The position numbers were made by a program, and so were the translations under genes. From Gemmatimonadales bacterium (lineage in GTDB: Bacteria; Gemmatimonadota; Gemmatimonadetes; Gemmatimonadales; GWC2-71-9), in NCBI GenBank assembly GCA_036769285.1, contig DAIPLK010000009.1:1-37262 (forward strand): a stretch of 37,262 nt of DNA, written 5' to 3'. Shown piece after piece: positions 8,514 to 17,006 of the stretch. The notes under the pieces are model-generated. The model saw only the letters and a list, made by a program, of their open reading frames with translations. It did not search any database and was not told the DNA's origin. The first letter of the stretch is position 1; each line of letters begins with the position of its first letter.

Positions 8514-10207
8514 CCGGGAATCTTCAGCGTGGCGCCTGCACGCAGGGAGCCGCGCGCTGACAGACCGTTCGCTTCCTTGAGGGCCTGGACCGAGACGCCG
8601 TAGCGTTTCGCCAGGCCCGTCAGCGTTTCCCCCCATCGAACCCGGTGCACGCGCGAGCCGTCTGCCGAAGCGACCGTGGGCGCCGGTGGCGCCAAGGGCT
8701 TCCGGGCGACCGGTGGCACCACACGGAGCCGCTGGCCTGCCCGCACGATCTCGTTCGTGCCGAGCGCGTTCCAAGCCCGCAGCTCGCGGACCGTGACCCC
8801 GTACTCCGAGGCGAGCCCCGAGAGCGTCTCCCCGCGGCGGACCCGATGGAACCCCGTGGGGCTGCTCGCGGCCGGCTCCACGGGATCGGCCATGCGCCGC
8901 GCCACCGAGGTCGAGATCGCGCCACCGGTGGGCACGATGATCCGCTGGCCGGGACGGAGGCGCTTGGCGTTGATGCGGGGGTTCGCCTCGGTCACGAGCC
9001 ACGTGCTGACGCCGTAACGGCGGGCAATGCCGCCGAGCGTCTCGCCACGCACCACCGTATGCTCGAAGAAGGTGATCCGCCTCGCGGGCGCGAGCTCGGC
9101 GTACGCTGCCACCGTCGCGGGGCCGCGCCCCGGGGGGATCCGCACGACCGATTGCACGCCCGGGGGCGTGGTCAGGCGCAGGTACTGTGGATTGAGCTCA
9201 CGAATCGCCGCCACGGTGGTGTCCGCCAGGCGCGCGATCACATCGAGCCCGGTCATGGTGGGCACTACGATCGAGTCGTAGGCCGCCGGTTCGGCCGGTC
9301 CGACCTGGAAGCCGTAGCGCACCGGCTCCTTCGCGATACGCGCGGCCGCGAGCAGCTTGGGCACGTAGTCCTTGGTCTCGCGACGCAACAGCTTGGTATC
9401 GTAGAGACGGAAGAACGTGGCGTCGGAGTTGGCCGATTCGGTGTCCTCGTCGTCCGGCAGCCGTCGCATGCCGCGCGACACCTTGCCGGCACCGGCGTTG
9501 TAGGCGGCGGCAGCCAGGTAGAGCGATCCGAACCGGTCGTTCAGGTGCTTGAGGTGACGGGCCGCCGCAGCGGTCGCGCGATAGGGATCACGCCGCTCAT
9601 CCACCCACGAGTCCACCCGCAACCCATAGCCTCGGGCCGTGCCCTTCATGAACTGCCACATGCCGACCGCCTTGGCCCGGCTCGTGGCCGTGTTCGAGAA
9701 GCCGCTCTCGATGAGCGCGAGGTACACCAGATCGCCGGGGAGACCCTGCTCCTGCAGGCGCGAGCGGATCATCCCCTCGTAGCGGGGCATGCGCGTGAGC
9801 CAGATACCCATCCGCTCGCGCCCCTTGCCCTTGAAGAAGTCGAGGTAGTACTGGACCCGGTCGTGGCTGTTGTAGGTGTCGACGTCGATATCCCAGCTGA
9901 CCGGCGTGGCAGGCAGCGCATCCTCGGGCTCGTCGTCGGCCGGCCGGGCCTCTTCGAGCGCTTCCAACACCGCCGCGTCGGCAGCGCTGTCGGTGGCCAG
10001 CCGGAGTTCGGCGGCGAGCTCCTCGGCGGGTATCAGGGAGTCGAGCGCGGGAGCCGGCGGGAGCATCAGCAGATCGGCCGCGGGCGCGCCACGCGGCGCG
10101 CCAGCCGCCAGGGCAGGGTCCGCCGCGGGCGCCACCGGCGCAGGCGGGCGATGCCCCCCGCATGCGAACGCAAACGCCAGAAGTATCGGGAGCAGGGACC
10201 GCGGCAT
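8510..10207 (-). CDS. mltD: MltD-like lytic murein transglycosylase lipoprotein with LysM repeats
   Basis: Lipobox LLAFAFAC at the N-terminus. SLT core: LALIESGFSNTATSRAKAVGMWQF and AAYNAGAGKV. At least three C-terminal LysM repeats (H-V-RGETL-G-A--YGV...). Confidence 0.88.
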   Translation of the reverse strand: MPRSLLPILLAFAFACGGHRPPAPVAPAADPALAAGAPRGAPAADLLMLPPAPALDSLIPAEELAAELRLATDSAADAAVLEALEEARPADDEPEDALPATPVSWDIDVDTYNSHDRVQYYLDFFKGKGRERMGIWLTRMPRYEGMIRSRLQEQGLPGDLVYLALIESGFSNTATSRAKAVGMWQFMKGTARGYGLRVDSWVDERRDPYRATAAAARHLKHLNDRFGSLYLAAAAYNAGAGKVSRGMRRLPDDEDTESANSDATFFRLYDTKLLRRETKDYVPKLLAAARIAKEPVRYGFQVGPAEPAAYDSIVVPTMTGLDVIARLADTTVAAIRELNPQYLRLTTPPGVQSVVRIPPGRGPATVAAYAELAPARRITFFEHTVVRGETLGGIARRYGVSTWLVTEANPRINAKRLRPGQRIIVPTGGAISTSVARRMADPVEPAASSPTGFHRVRRGETLSGLASEYGVTVRELRAWNALGTNEIVRAGQRLRVVPPVARKPLAPPAPTVASADGSRVHRVRWGETLTGLAKRYGVSVQALKEANGLSARGSLRAGATLKIPG

Positions 10208-10342
10208 CGCGTGGCTCCGGGATGAACGGAGATACGGTAGCCCCGCGCGGGCCGGGACCGCGAGCCCGTTCGGGGAACGTTCGGGTACGCAAACCGCAGG
10301 AGCCGAGGCGAACTGAGGCGAACGACCACGCCCGGGAGGGCC

Positions 10343-10762
10343 TCAACGCATGAACAGGCGGTTCCCGAGGATGCGGTTGGTTGCGTTCAGCACGGCCAGT
10401 GCCGCGCCACGGGCGGCATCGTTGTCGGTGAGGTAGGAGCCCACCACACGGTGGCCGACTCCCTCCCCCTGCACCGCGAGCGAAACGATGACGACGGTAG
10501 CATCGAATGCCCGGACGGCCTTCACGCCTAGCAGCTCGAAGGTCATGTCCCGCTGCACGGCCTGAGTGAGCGCGTCCACGCACGCCTGCGCGGCGCAGCG
10601 GAGTTCGCCCGCCTGGGACCCCAGGCCCTCGTTTTCGCCGGTGAACTGTTCCGATTCCTTCCAGGTCAGTCCCACTCGTGCGCGGCACCGCCCGTTAGGC
10701 AAGCGGTCGAGGACGAACTCGGCGAAGCGGAGCCGCTCGCTGAGCGGATTGGGCGGCGACAT
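10343..10762 (-). CDS. Hypothetical protein
   Basis: The ORF runs 10343..10780 with a TTG start. ATG 10762 (MSPPNPLSERL) preceded by AGGGA is preferred. Composition looks globular and coding-like; no family recognised. Confidence 0.5.
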   Translation of the reverse strand: MSPPNPLSERLRFAEFVLDRLPNGRCRARVGLTWKESEQFTGENEGLGSQAGELRCAAQACVDALTQAVQRDMTFELLGVKAVRAFDATVVIVSLAVQGEGVGHRVVGSYLTDNDAARGAALAVLNATNRILGNRLFMR

Positions 10763-10798
10763 GTATGTCCCTGGGGGCAAAGGCCATGCCAGTCAACA

Positions 10799-11062
10799 TC
10801 ATGCGGACTCGAAGCGCACCTCAAGCTGATTGCCGTGCTCGGCCGGCGGCCGGATGACGTCCACCTCGAGTTGGGGCCGGCCAACCTCGTCCAGATCCAC
10901 CCCAACGACGAGGAGCTGGCCGTCCGCCATCTCGACTCGCAGCTGCCGGCGGTCGGAGCGCATCACGGCCCCACTCACGATCTGGCTCCTGAGCGCGGCA
11001 AGCGTATCGGCGATGCGGCGCAAATCCTGGAGCGACACGGGACGGATGGGTGAGCGGGTCAC
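10799..11062 (-). CDS. Small hypothetical protein (87 aa)
   Basis: The C-terminal part of ORF 10799..11311 looks protein-like (SLQDLRRIADTLAALRSQI...LLVVGVDLDEVGRPQLEVDV). GTG 11062 overlaps the upstream gene's stop (GTGA). The longer N-terminal extension overlaps that gene and looks like noise. Confidence 0.45.
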   Translation of the reverse strand: MTRSPIRPVSLQDLRRIADTLAALRSQIVSGAVMRSDRRQLRVEMADGQLLVVGVDLDEVGRPQLEVDVIRPPAEHGNQLEVRFESA

Positions 11063-11298
11063 TGGAGATGCTCCGCGAGAAAGGCGATGAGCGCCGCGTC
11101 CGAGATCTGATCGGCCTGCGCGAAGAGCGCGGCCTTGGAGGCGGACGAGAGCGGATAGGTTGCCCAGACCGGGCGCTGCCCCATCTCCGTTGGCCGGAAC
11201 GAGAAGACCAGGTTCCAGTGCGGTGAGTTGGGGCGGCGCTCGGCGGCGATCAGGACGTTCCACCGCCGGTCGTCGTGCTGGACGACTCTCCAGACCAT
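11059..11298 (-). CDS. Small hypothetical protein (79 aa)
   Basis: The ORF runs 11059..11334 with a TTG start. ATG 11298 (MVWRVVQHDDRRWNVLIAAE...) is preceded by GGAG at 7-nt spacing. Confidence 0.5.
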   Translation of the reverse strand: MVWRVVQHDDRRWNVLIAAERRPNSPHWNLVFSFRPTEMGQRPVWATYPLSSASKAALFAQADQISDAALIAFLAEHLQ

Positions 11299-11354
11299 CC
11301 GGGAACTCCACAGTGGGGAACGGGGGCCGGCCAATTATGGACCGCGTTCGGGAA

Positions 11355-11948
11355 TCAGGTCAAGAGCCCTTCGGCGCGCGCATCGGCCGCGGTGTCCACA
11401 TCTCGGAGTGTCGGGAGCTCGCGCCACGCCACGCCGGCGCGCGCGAGGCGCACGCGGGTCTCGGCGAGCAGGCGGCTCGTGCTCCACGGCATGGCGTCGA
11501 ACAGATCGGGCAGCGGCGTGCGGCCCCCGATGAGATAGTAGCCGCCGTCCTCGGTGGGCCCCAGCACGACTTCCCCGCGCGTGGCGATCGCCCCCGCCTC
11601 GCGGAGCAGCACGCCGTCGAGGCGAGGGCAGTCCACCCCGATGGCGAGCCAGGGGCGCCCCCGGGGGACCGCCTGCTCGGCCGCGGCGAGCCGTGCGCCG
11701 AGGTCGCCCGACGCCTGCGGCCGCAGATCCAGGCGGTCGCCGAGCCAGAGACGCATTTCCGCGCCGGCGTCGGTGGGCGTGAACCAGACGGTGGCGCCGA
11801 ATCCGGCGTCGCGCGCAGCGGCGAGGGTGCGGATCACCATGAGCCGGTAGAGCCTCAGTGCCTGGCGATCCCCGATCTCCGCGGCGAGACGCGTCTTGAC
11901 CATACCAGGGCGCGGGGCTTTGAGGAGAATCGCGAGCGCCGGTATCAT
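11355..11948 (-). CDS. DUF2064 / TIGR04282-like nucleotidyl-transferase-fold protein (rSAM/selenodomain-associated transferase 1 type)
   Basis: PALAILLKAPRPGMVKTRLA N-terminus, GDLGARL, IGVDCPRL, GPTEDGGYYLIG and PWSTSRLL, which match my recollection of the DUF2064 family. Confidence 0.75.
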   Translation of the reverse strand: MIPALAILLKAPRPGMVKTRLAAEIGDRQALRLYRLMVIRTLAAARDAGFGATVWFTPTDAGAEMRLWLGDRLDLRPQASGDLGARLAAAEQAVPRGRPWLAIGVDCPRLDGVLLREAGAIATRGEVVLGPTEDGGYYLIGGRTPLPDLFDAMPWSTSRLLAETRVRLARAGVAWRELPTLRDVDTAADARAEGLLT

Positions 11949-12640
11949 CGCGCGGGCGGCTCGGGGAGGTACCAGCGGGCCAGCCGGTCGGGCGCCACGC
12001 CGGCGAGGAAGAGCCCGAGCAGCGCCAGGTTCCGGAGCGTGCCGCGGAACTGGCCCTCGCGCCGCCAGCGGCGGGCGTCGGCGAGGATCGGTGCCGGGAG
12101 GCGCTCGACATGGGCCACCCGGGCGATTCGCCGGCTCAGGACGACGTCCTCCATGATCCGGGTCTCGGGATAGCCGCCGACGGCGTCATAGAGCGAGCGC
12201 CGCACGAGCAGTCCCTGGTCCCCGTAGGCCAGGCCGGTGATCCGCCACCGCAGAGCCGCTCCCCGCTCGACCCACCGCAGCCAGCGTCCCTTGCCGTCGA
12301 TCGCGAGCCGCCAGGCCGCGGCCTGCACGTCCGCCCGCCCCAGCGCCGCCTCGACCGCCGCCACCGCAGCGGGCACGAGTCGGGCATCGGCGTGCACCAC
12401 GAGCAGCCAGTGGCCCGAGGTGGTCGCGATGCCGGCGACCAACTGCCGCCCGCGCCCTCGGGGCGCGTGAACCACGCGCGCCCCACGAGCGGCGGCCAGT
12501 TCGGGCGTGCCGTCCGAGGAGCCGCCGTCGGTGACGATGATTTCGTGGGGAACCGTGAGCGCCGAGAGATCCTGCAGGAGTCGCGGCAGGCGCGGCGCTT
12601 CGTCGAGCGTCGGGATGACGACCGACAGGAGCGTGGTCAG
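11945..12640 (-). CDS. Family 2 glycosyltransferase, TIGR04283-like (rSAM/selenodomain-associated transferase 2 type)
   Basis: The tracked ORF (11945..12475) lacks the GT2 N-terminus. The same frame stays open upstream and encodes LSVVIPTLDEAPRLPRLLQDL...EIIVTDGGSSDGT. Downstream motifs are HADARL, YGDQGLLVRR, IMEDV and ADARRW. There is no ATG/GTG/TTG in that stretch, so I propose CTG 12640, which overlaps the ilvE stop. Confidence 0.7.
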   Translation of the reverse strand: MTTLLSVVIPTLDEAPRLPRLLQDLSALTVPHEIIVTDGGSSDGTPELAAARGARVVHAPRGRGRQLVAGIATTSGHWLLVVHADARLVPAAVAAVEAALGRADVQAAAWRLAIDGKGRWLRWVERGAALRWRITGLAYGDQGLLVRRSLYDAVGGYPETRIMEDVVLSRRIARVAHVERLPAPILADARRWRREGQFRGTLRNLALLGLFLAGVAPDRLARWYLPEPPAR

Positions 12641-13542
12641 CTCCGGACGAGCGCCTGGTAGCGGGCCCGCAAATCGCGGGTGATGGGTCCGGCCTTGCCG
12701 GCGCCGATGACCCGGCCGTCGAGCTGGCGGATGGCCACGATCTCGGAGGCGGTGCCGGTGAGGAACGCCTCGTCAGCGGTGTAGACATCGTAGCGGTTGA
12801 GCATGGTCTCCTGAACCTCGTACCCGGCGTCGCGCGCCAGCTCGAAGACCACCTCGCGGGTCACGCCCTTGAGAATGCCGGCGTAGGGCGGCGGGGTCCG
12901 GAGGATGCCGCTCTTCACGATGAACACGTTCTGGCCTGATGCTTCGGCCACGCTCCCCGCGCTGTCCAGCATCAGCACCTCATCGGCGCCGGCCTGGATC
13001 CCCTCCACCTTGGCCATCACGTGGGCCAGGTAGTTGAGCGACTTGACCCGGGGAGAGAGCGACTCGCGCTGCGAAATCGGGGTGGCCGCGGTCACCACCT
13101 TGAGGCCCGCCTCGTAGACCTCTTCGGGCCACAGCTTGATCGTGTCCATGATGACGATGACCGACGGCTTGGGACTCTTCCGCGGGTCGATGCCGAGATC
13201 GCCCACGCCGCGGGTGATCAGGTGGCGAATATAGCCCTCGGTGATTCCCGAGCGCGTGACCGCCTCCTCGGTGATCGCGGCGAGCTCGCCCTTGGGCATC
13301 GGGATGTCGAGCCAGATGGCGTGGGCGGAGTCGTAGAGCCGGTCGAGGTGCTGGGCCAGGCGGAAGGTCTTGCCGGCATAGACCCGGGTTCCCTCGAAGA
13401 CTCCGTCGCCATAGAGGAGGCCGTGGTCGTACACCGAGATCTTGGCCTGGCCCCGCTCGTACCACTGGCCGTCGAGCCAGGTGGTGGGGACGCCGGCGTC
13501 CGGCTTGGGAGTCTTCGCCGATTGGTGGAGGCTGGCAGTCAT
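12637..13542 (-). CDS. ilvE: Branched-chain amino acid aminotransferase (class IV)
   Basis: 301 aa with VYDHGLLYGDGVFEGTRVY, NYLAHVMAKVEG and EASGQNVFIVK...GILKGVTR, typical of fold-type IV BCAT. Confidence 0.9.
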   Translation of the reverse strand: MTASLHQSAKTPKPDAGVPTTWLDGQWYERGQAKISVYDHGLLYGDGVFEGTRVYAGKTFRLAQHLDRLYDSAHAIWLDIPMPKGELAAITEEAVTRSGITEGYIRHLITRGVGDLGIDPRKSPKPSVIVIMDTIKLWPEEVYEAGLKVVTAATPISQRESLSPRVKSLNYLAHVMAKVEGIQAGADEVLMLDSAGSVAEASGQNVFIVKSGILRTPPPYAGILKGVTREVVFELARDAGYEVQETMLNRYDVYTADEAFLTGTASEIVAIRQLDGRVIGAGKAGPITRDLRARYQALVRS

Positions 13543-13651
13543 GGAGGGGAATCTACAGCGCGATGGGGGGGGCCGCCACCGTTTTGCAGCTGCGGTGGCG
13601 CCGCTACACGACCACTATTGCGGCACAATGAGAGCCAGTGGGAGACCCGGC

Positions 13652-15706
13652 TCAGCGGTGAACGAAGGCCGCCTTCGAGCGGGGGCCATTGGCGAGGAAG
13701 TTCGCCACCCCGATCCGCCGGTCCTCGGTCCCGCAGCACTGCCCGAACATCTCCGACTCGAAGCGCAGTCCCTCGCCCAGCGGCTTGCGGCAGCCTTCGA
13801 CGATCGCCCGGCAGATGAGGCCGTCGATCGCGCGACTCAGGTGACCGAGCTCGACCGGCGGCAGCTCGTCGGGGGTCTCCAGCGGCCTCGGATCGATCGG
13901 CCGCAATGCGATCTCCCCTCGCGTGGCCGCGCGCGCCAGCATTACCGCCGCCGCCACCACGTCTCCCTCCACCTCCTCACGGATCAGGCCGCACTCGACC
14001 GCCTCGCGACCGGAGAGGCCACGCCCCGTCCGCAGCATCTCGGCGGCCCGCTCGATCCCGACGATGCGGGGCAACCGCTGGGTCCCTCCCGAGCCCGGCA
14101 CGATACCGAGGCTGGCTTCCGGCATCGCCACCGCCAGGGTCAGACCCTTTCGCGCGATCCGGGCGGTGCAGCAGAGCGCGAGCTCGCAGCCGCCCCCCAG
14201 AGCGAATCCGTTGAGGGCACACACCACCGGCTTACCGAGGCGCTCGATCAGGTTCCCGGCCTCCTTGGTTCGCTGAGAGGCTGCGAAGCCTTCCTCCGGC
14301 GTCTCGATGCCGGCCAGGAAGTGCACGTCGGCGCCCGACACGAACGCCTTGGTGCCGAAACCGGTGAGAACCACGGCCGCGATGGCGGGGTCGTCGCGCA
14401 GCGCGGAGAACTGCGCCTGTAGCTGCTGGTACACCTCCTCGCTCAGGGCGTTGAGCACCCGCGGCCGCCGGATGGTGAGGATCGCGACGTCGCCGTCGTC
14501 CCGCCGGATGACGTGATCAATCCGGAACGGCCGCCCCGCCGCCGCCTGCCCGACGAGGCAGCGCGGCACGGCGAACCCGGGATGCCCGGCGGCGTACGTC
14601 TCCACCAGGGCCAGCGCTCGATCGACGCCCAGCTGGTTCATGAAGCCGAACGGCGGACGCATGGCCAGGCCCAGCTCGATGGCCATCTCGAGATCGCTCA
14701 ACCGGCTGATGCCGCTATCGAGCACCTGCCCAGCCAGCCCGAAGTAGGCGCCGCGCATCGCGTCGGCGATCCGATTCTCCTGATCGGCGAGAAGCTCGAC
14801 CGGGTCGTTCCGGGCCGGCACCTCCCAGGGCTGCTTCGACGCCATGGCTTCGCGCAGCAGTCGCGGTACCCTGAACCACGCGCCCAGCTTCTCGGTCATG
14901 ACCTCCAGGGCGTGGGCGGTGATCGGGTTCCCGCCGGTGAGGTTCATGGCCGTGAAGGGACCGACCCCGAGTCCCAGCGCACGGCGGGCGGCGGCGTCCA
15001 CCTCCCTGGTCGTGCCCAACCCCTCCTCGACCGCAAGAGCCGCGGCCAGGAACAGTCCCTCGAAGACCGGGTTGACCGCGTAGCCGTAGCGGCCGCCCAC
15101 CTGAATGGGAACTTTCCCGATCGCCTCATAGAAGGCCATCAACGCCCTGGTGAGGGCCGGCTCGGTTTCACCTGCCGGGACGATTTCCACCAGCGGATTG
15201 CGCTCGGCAGGAAAGAAGTAATGGATCACCAGCCCGCGCTCGCGGTGCCCTAGGCCGGCGAAGATCGCCTCCGGCTCGATATGGGACGAATTCGAGGCCA
15301 GCACCGCGGTCGGGCCGCACACCGCTTCGAGCCTCGCGAAGATCTTCCGCTTGATGTCGACCTGCTCCGTCGCCGCCTCGATGACCAGGCCGGCGCCGGC
15401 CAACTCCCCATAGTCGGTGGTGAAGCTGGCCGCGCTCCGGATGGCATCGGCCGTGGCCGGAGTGAAGGCGCCGCTCTCCTGTCCCTTCCGTACCTTCTGG
15501 TCGAACTTGGCCCGCCCTCGCTCGAGCGCTTCGGGCACGAGGTCGACGACCACGACCCGAACGTTCTGGGGATGCAGGACCTGGGCGAAGTGGAGTGCGA
15601 TGTCGGGCCCGATCTGCCCCGATCCGACGACACCGACAAGATCGAGGGCGACGGTCGTGATCTCTTTCGATCGCTCGTTCGGGAAACACAGGCGAATACT
15701 TGACAA
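13652..15706 (-). CDS. Bifunctional 3-hydroxyacyl-CoA dehydrogenase (N-terminal) / enoyl-CoA hydratase (C-terminal)
   Basis: N-terminal Rossmann motif VGVVGSGQIGPDIA and a 3HCDH C-domain. The C-terminal crotonase fold shows ILTIRRPRVLNALS, FVSGADV and ALNGFALGGGCELAL. The TTG start is preceded by AGGGAG. Confidence 0.88.
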   Translation of the reverse strand: MSSIRLCFPNERSKEITTVALDLVGVVGSGQIGPDIALHFAQVLHPQNVRVVVVDLVPEALERGRAKFDQKVRKGQESGAFTPATADAIRSAASFTTDYGELAGAGLVIEAATEQVDIKRKIFARLEAVCGPTAVLASNSSHIEPEAIFAGLGHRERGLVIHYFFPAERNPLVEIVPAGETEPALTRALMAFYEAIGKVPIQVGGRYGYAVNPVFEGLFLAAALAVEEGLGTTREVDAAARRALGLGVGPFTAMNLTGGNPITAHALEVMTEKLGAWFRVPRLLREAMASKQPWEVPARNDPVELLADQENRIADAMRGAYFGLAGQVLDSGISRLSDLEMAIELGLAMRPPFGFMNQLGVDRALALVETYAAGHPGFAVPRCLVGQAAAGRPFRIDHVIRRDDGDVAILTIRRPRVLNALSEEVYQQLQAQFSALRDDPAIAAVVLTGFGTKAFVSGADVHFLAGIETPEEGFAASQRTKEAGNLIERLGKPVVCALNGFALGGGCELALCCTARIARKGLTLAVAMPEASLGIVPGSGGTQRLPRIVGIERAAEMLRTGRGLSGREAVECGLIREEVEGDVVAAAVMLARAATRGEIALRPIDPRPLETPDELPPVELGHLSRAIDGLICRAIVEGCRKPLGEGLRFESEMFGQCCGTEDRRIGVANFLANGPRSKAAFVHR

Positions 15707-15745
15707 AGTTACTCCCTATTACCTTATACTCTTGGGACCTAGACC

Positions 15746-15797
15746 TGGACGCCCGGGGCTCTGCCTGGCTATTATATTGTGAACGTTCGTTCGACAA
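15746..15797. promoter_or_regulatory. Divergent promoter region with a near-palindromic operator candidate
   Basis: An AT-rich core ATTATATT gives TATTAT on + (15770-15775, with TGGACG 18 nt upstream) and a perfect TATAAT on - (15771-15776). Next to it lies TTGTGAAC-gttc-GTTCgACAA (15777-15797), which contains the perfect palindrome GAACGTTC. Confidence 0.35.
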
Positions 15798-15839
15798 ATC
15801 AAGGCGGTTCCCCCCTCGACGCTCCCAAGAGGAGGCGGG

Positions 15840-17006
15840 GTGACGCGAACGGAAGTGGTGGACTGGGCCAGGAACCAATACGAGGACCTGGACTTCACCG
15901 CGGCTCGCCGGTGGCTGGCGGAGGGCCCGGGGCGGAAGGCGGGCGGCTATCTGCCGGTCTACGCGCCGCGCGAGGTGCTCCACGCCTCGGGCTTTCTTCC
16001 CGTCGGGATCTATGGCGCCGGGGATATGCTGGAGACGATCCGCGGCGACGCCTTCTACCAGTCCTACATCTGCCATCTGCCGCGCTCCGTGATCGAGCTG
16101 GCCCAGTCGGGCCGCCTCGATCTGCTGTCAGCCGTGCTCTTCCCGTCCACCTGCGACGTGATCCGGAACCTGTCGGGCATGTGGAAGCTGTTGTATCCCG
16201 ACGTCTACGTCCGCTACATCGACGTTCCCCAGGTGCCCGATCCCGCTTCGGCCCTCGAGTTCTGGGAGGGGGAGCTCCGGCGCCTGCTCCACGACCTGGG
16301 GCAGATCTCCGGCCGGGTCCCCTCCGACCAGGATCTGCGCGGTTCGATTGCGCTCTACAACGAGATGCGGAAGGTCATCCGAGATCTCTACCGGCTGCGG
16401 CGGGAGCGGCCCTGGGACCTGCCGACGGAGGAGCTCTACCTCCTGCTGCGGGCCGGGGAGGTCACCCCGCCCGAGGAGTTCGTCCTGCAGGCACGGCGCT
16501 ATCTCGCCGCGGTCGAAGCGGACCCCAGGCGGCGCCGGGACAACAGCCGGGTCATCGTGGTAGGGGCGTTCTGCGAGCAGCCGCCGCTCGGCCTGATCAA
16601 GTCCATCGAGCGGTCCGGCTGCTACATCGTGGACGACGACTTCGTCCTCGGGAACCGGTTCCTGGTCCGGGACGTGCCGGCCGAGGGTGACCCCGTGCGG
16701 GCGCTGGCCCGGGCCTTCGTCGAGAACGAGCTCCGGACGGCGGTTCGGTACGAGGGCGACCCCGACGGCAAGAAGCGACTGATGGGCGAACAGGTGGCCG
16801 CGGCGAGCGCCGACGGGATCATCTTCGCCACGCCCAGCTTCTGCGACCCCGCGCTGCTTGACCAGCCGATGCTGCGCGGCGGGGCGGAGCGGGAAGGCAT
16901 CCCTTGCATCGCCTTCAAGTATGCCGAGAACACCGGCCAGTTCCAGCAGTACCGGGAGCAGGCCGGCACGTTCTCGGACTCCATCAAGCTCTGGGGAGGT
17001 GGCTGA
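15840..17006 (+). CDS. bcrC: Class I benzoyl-CoA reductase subunit C (BcrC/BadD type)
   Basis: 388 aa HGD-D family protein; T. aromatica BcrC is about 386 aa as I recall. Motifs: YLPVYAPREVLHASGF, YICHLPRS, FPSTCDVIRN and FATPSFCDP. The GTG start follows AAGAGGAGG. It is first in a C-B-A-D gene order. Confidence 0.85.
   Translation: MTRTEVVDWARNQYEDLDFTAARRWLAEGPGRKAGGYLPVYAPREVLHASGFLPVGIYGAGDMLETIRGDAFYQSYICHLPRSVIELAQSGRLDLLSAVLFPSTCDVIRNLSGMWKLLYPDVYVRYIDVPQVPDPASALEFWEGELRRLLHDLGQISGRVPSDQDLRGSIALYNEMRKVIRDLYRLRRERPWDLPTEELYLLLRAGEVTPPEEFVLQARRYLAAVEADPRRRRDNSRVIVVGAFCEQPPLGLIKSIERSGCYIVDDDFVLGNRFLVRDVPAEGDPVRALARAFVENELRTAVRYEGDPDGKKRLMGEQVAAASADGIIFATPSFCDPALLDQPMLRGGAEREGIPCIAFKYAENTGQFQQYREQAGTFSDSIKLWGGG

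Noticed and set aside
10305-10323. Tandem 9-mer GAGGCGAAC-t-GAGGCGAAC in the spacer upstream of mltD.
   Set aside because: It has only two copies, is very short and has no further repeats. It is not a CRISPR or a meaningful repeat array.
13574-13600. 8-bp GC hairpin (CGCCACCG ... CGGTGGCG, 11-nt loop) between ilvE and the HAD/ECH gene, considered as a terminator.
   Set aside because: There is no U-tract on either strand. It may still be a structural element, but it cannot be called an intrinsic terminator.
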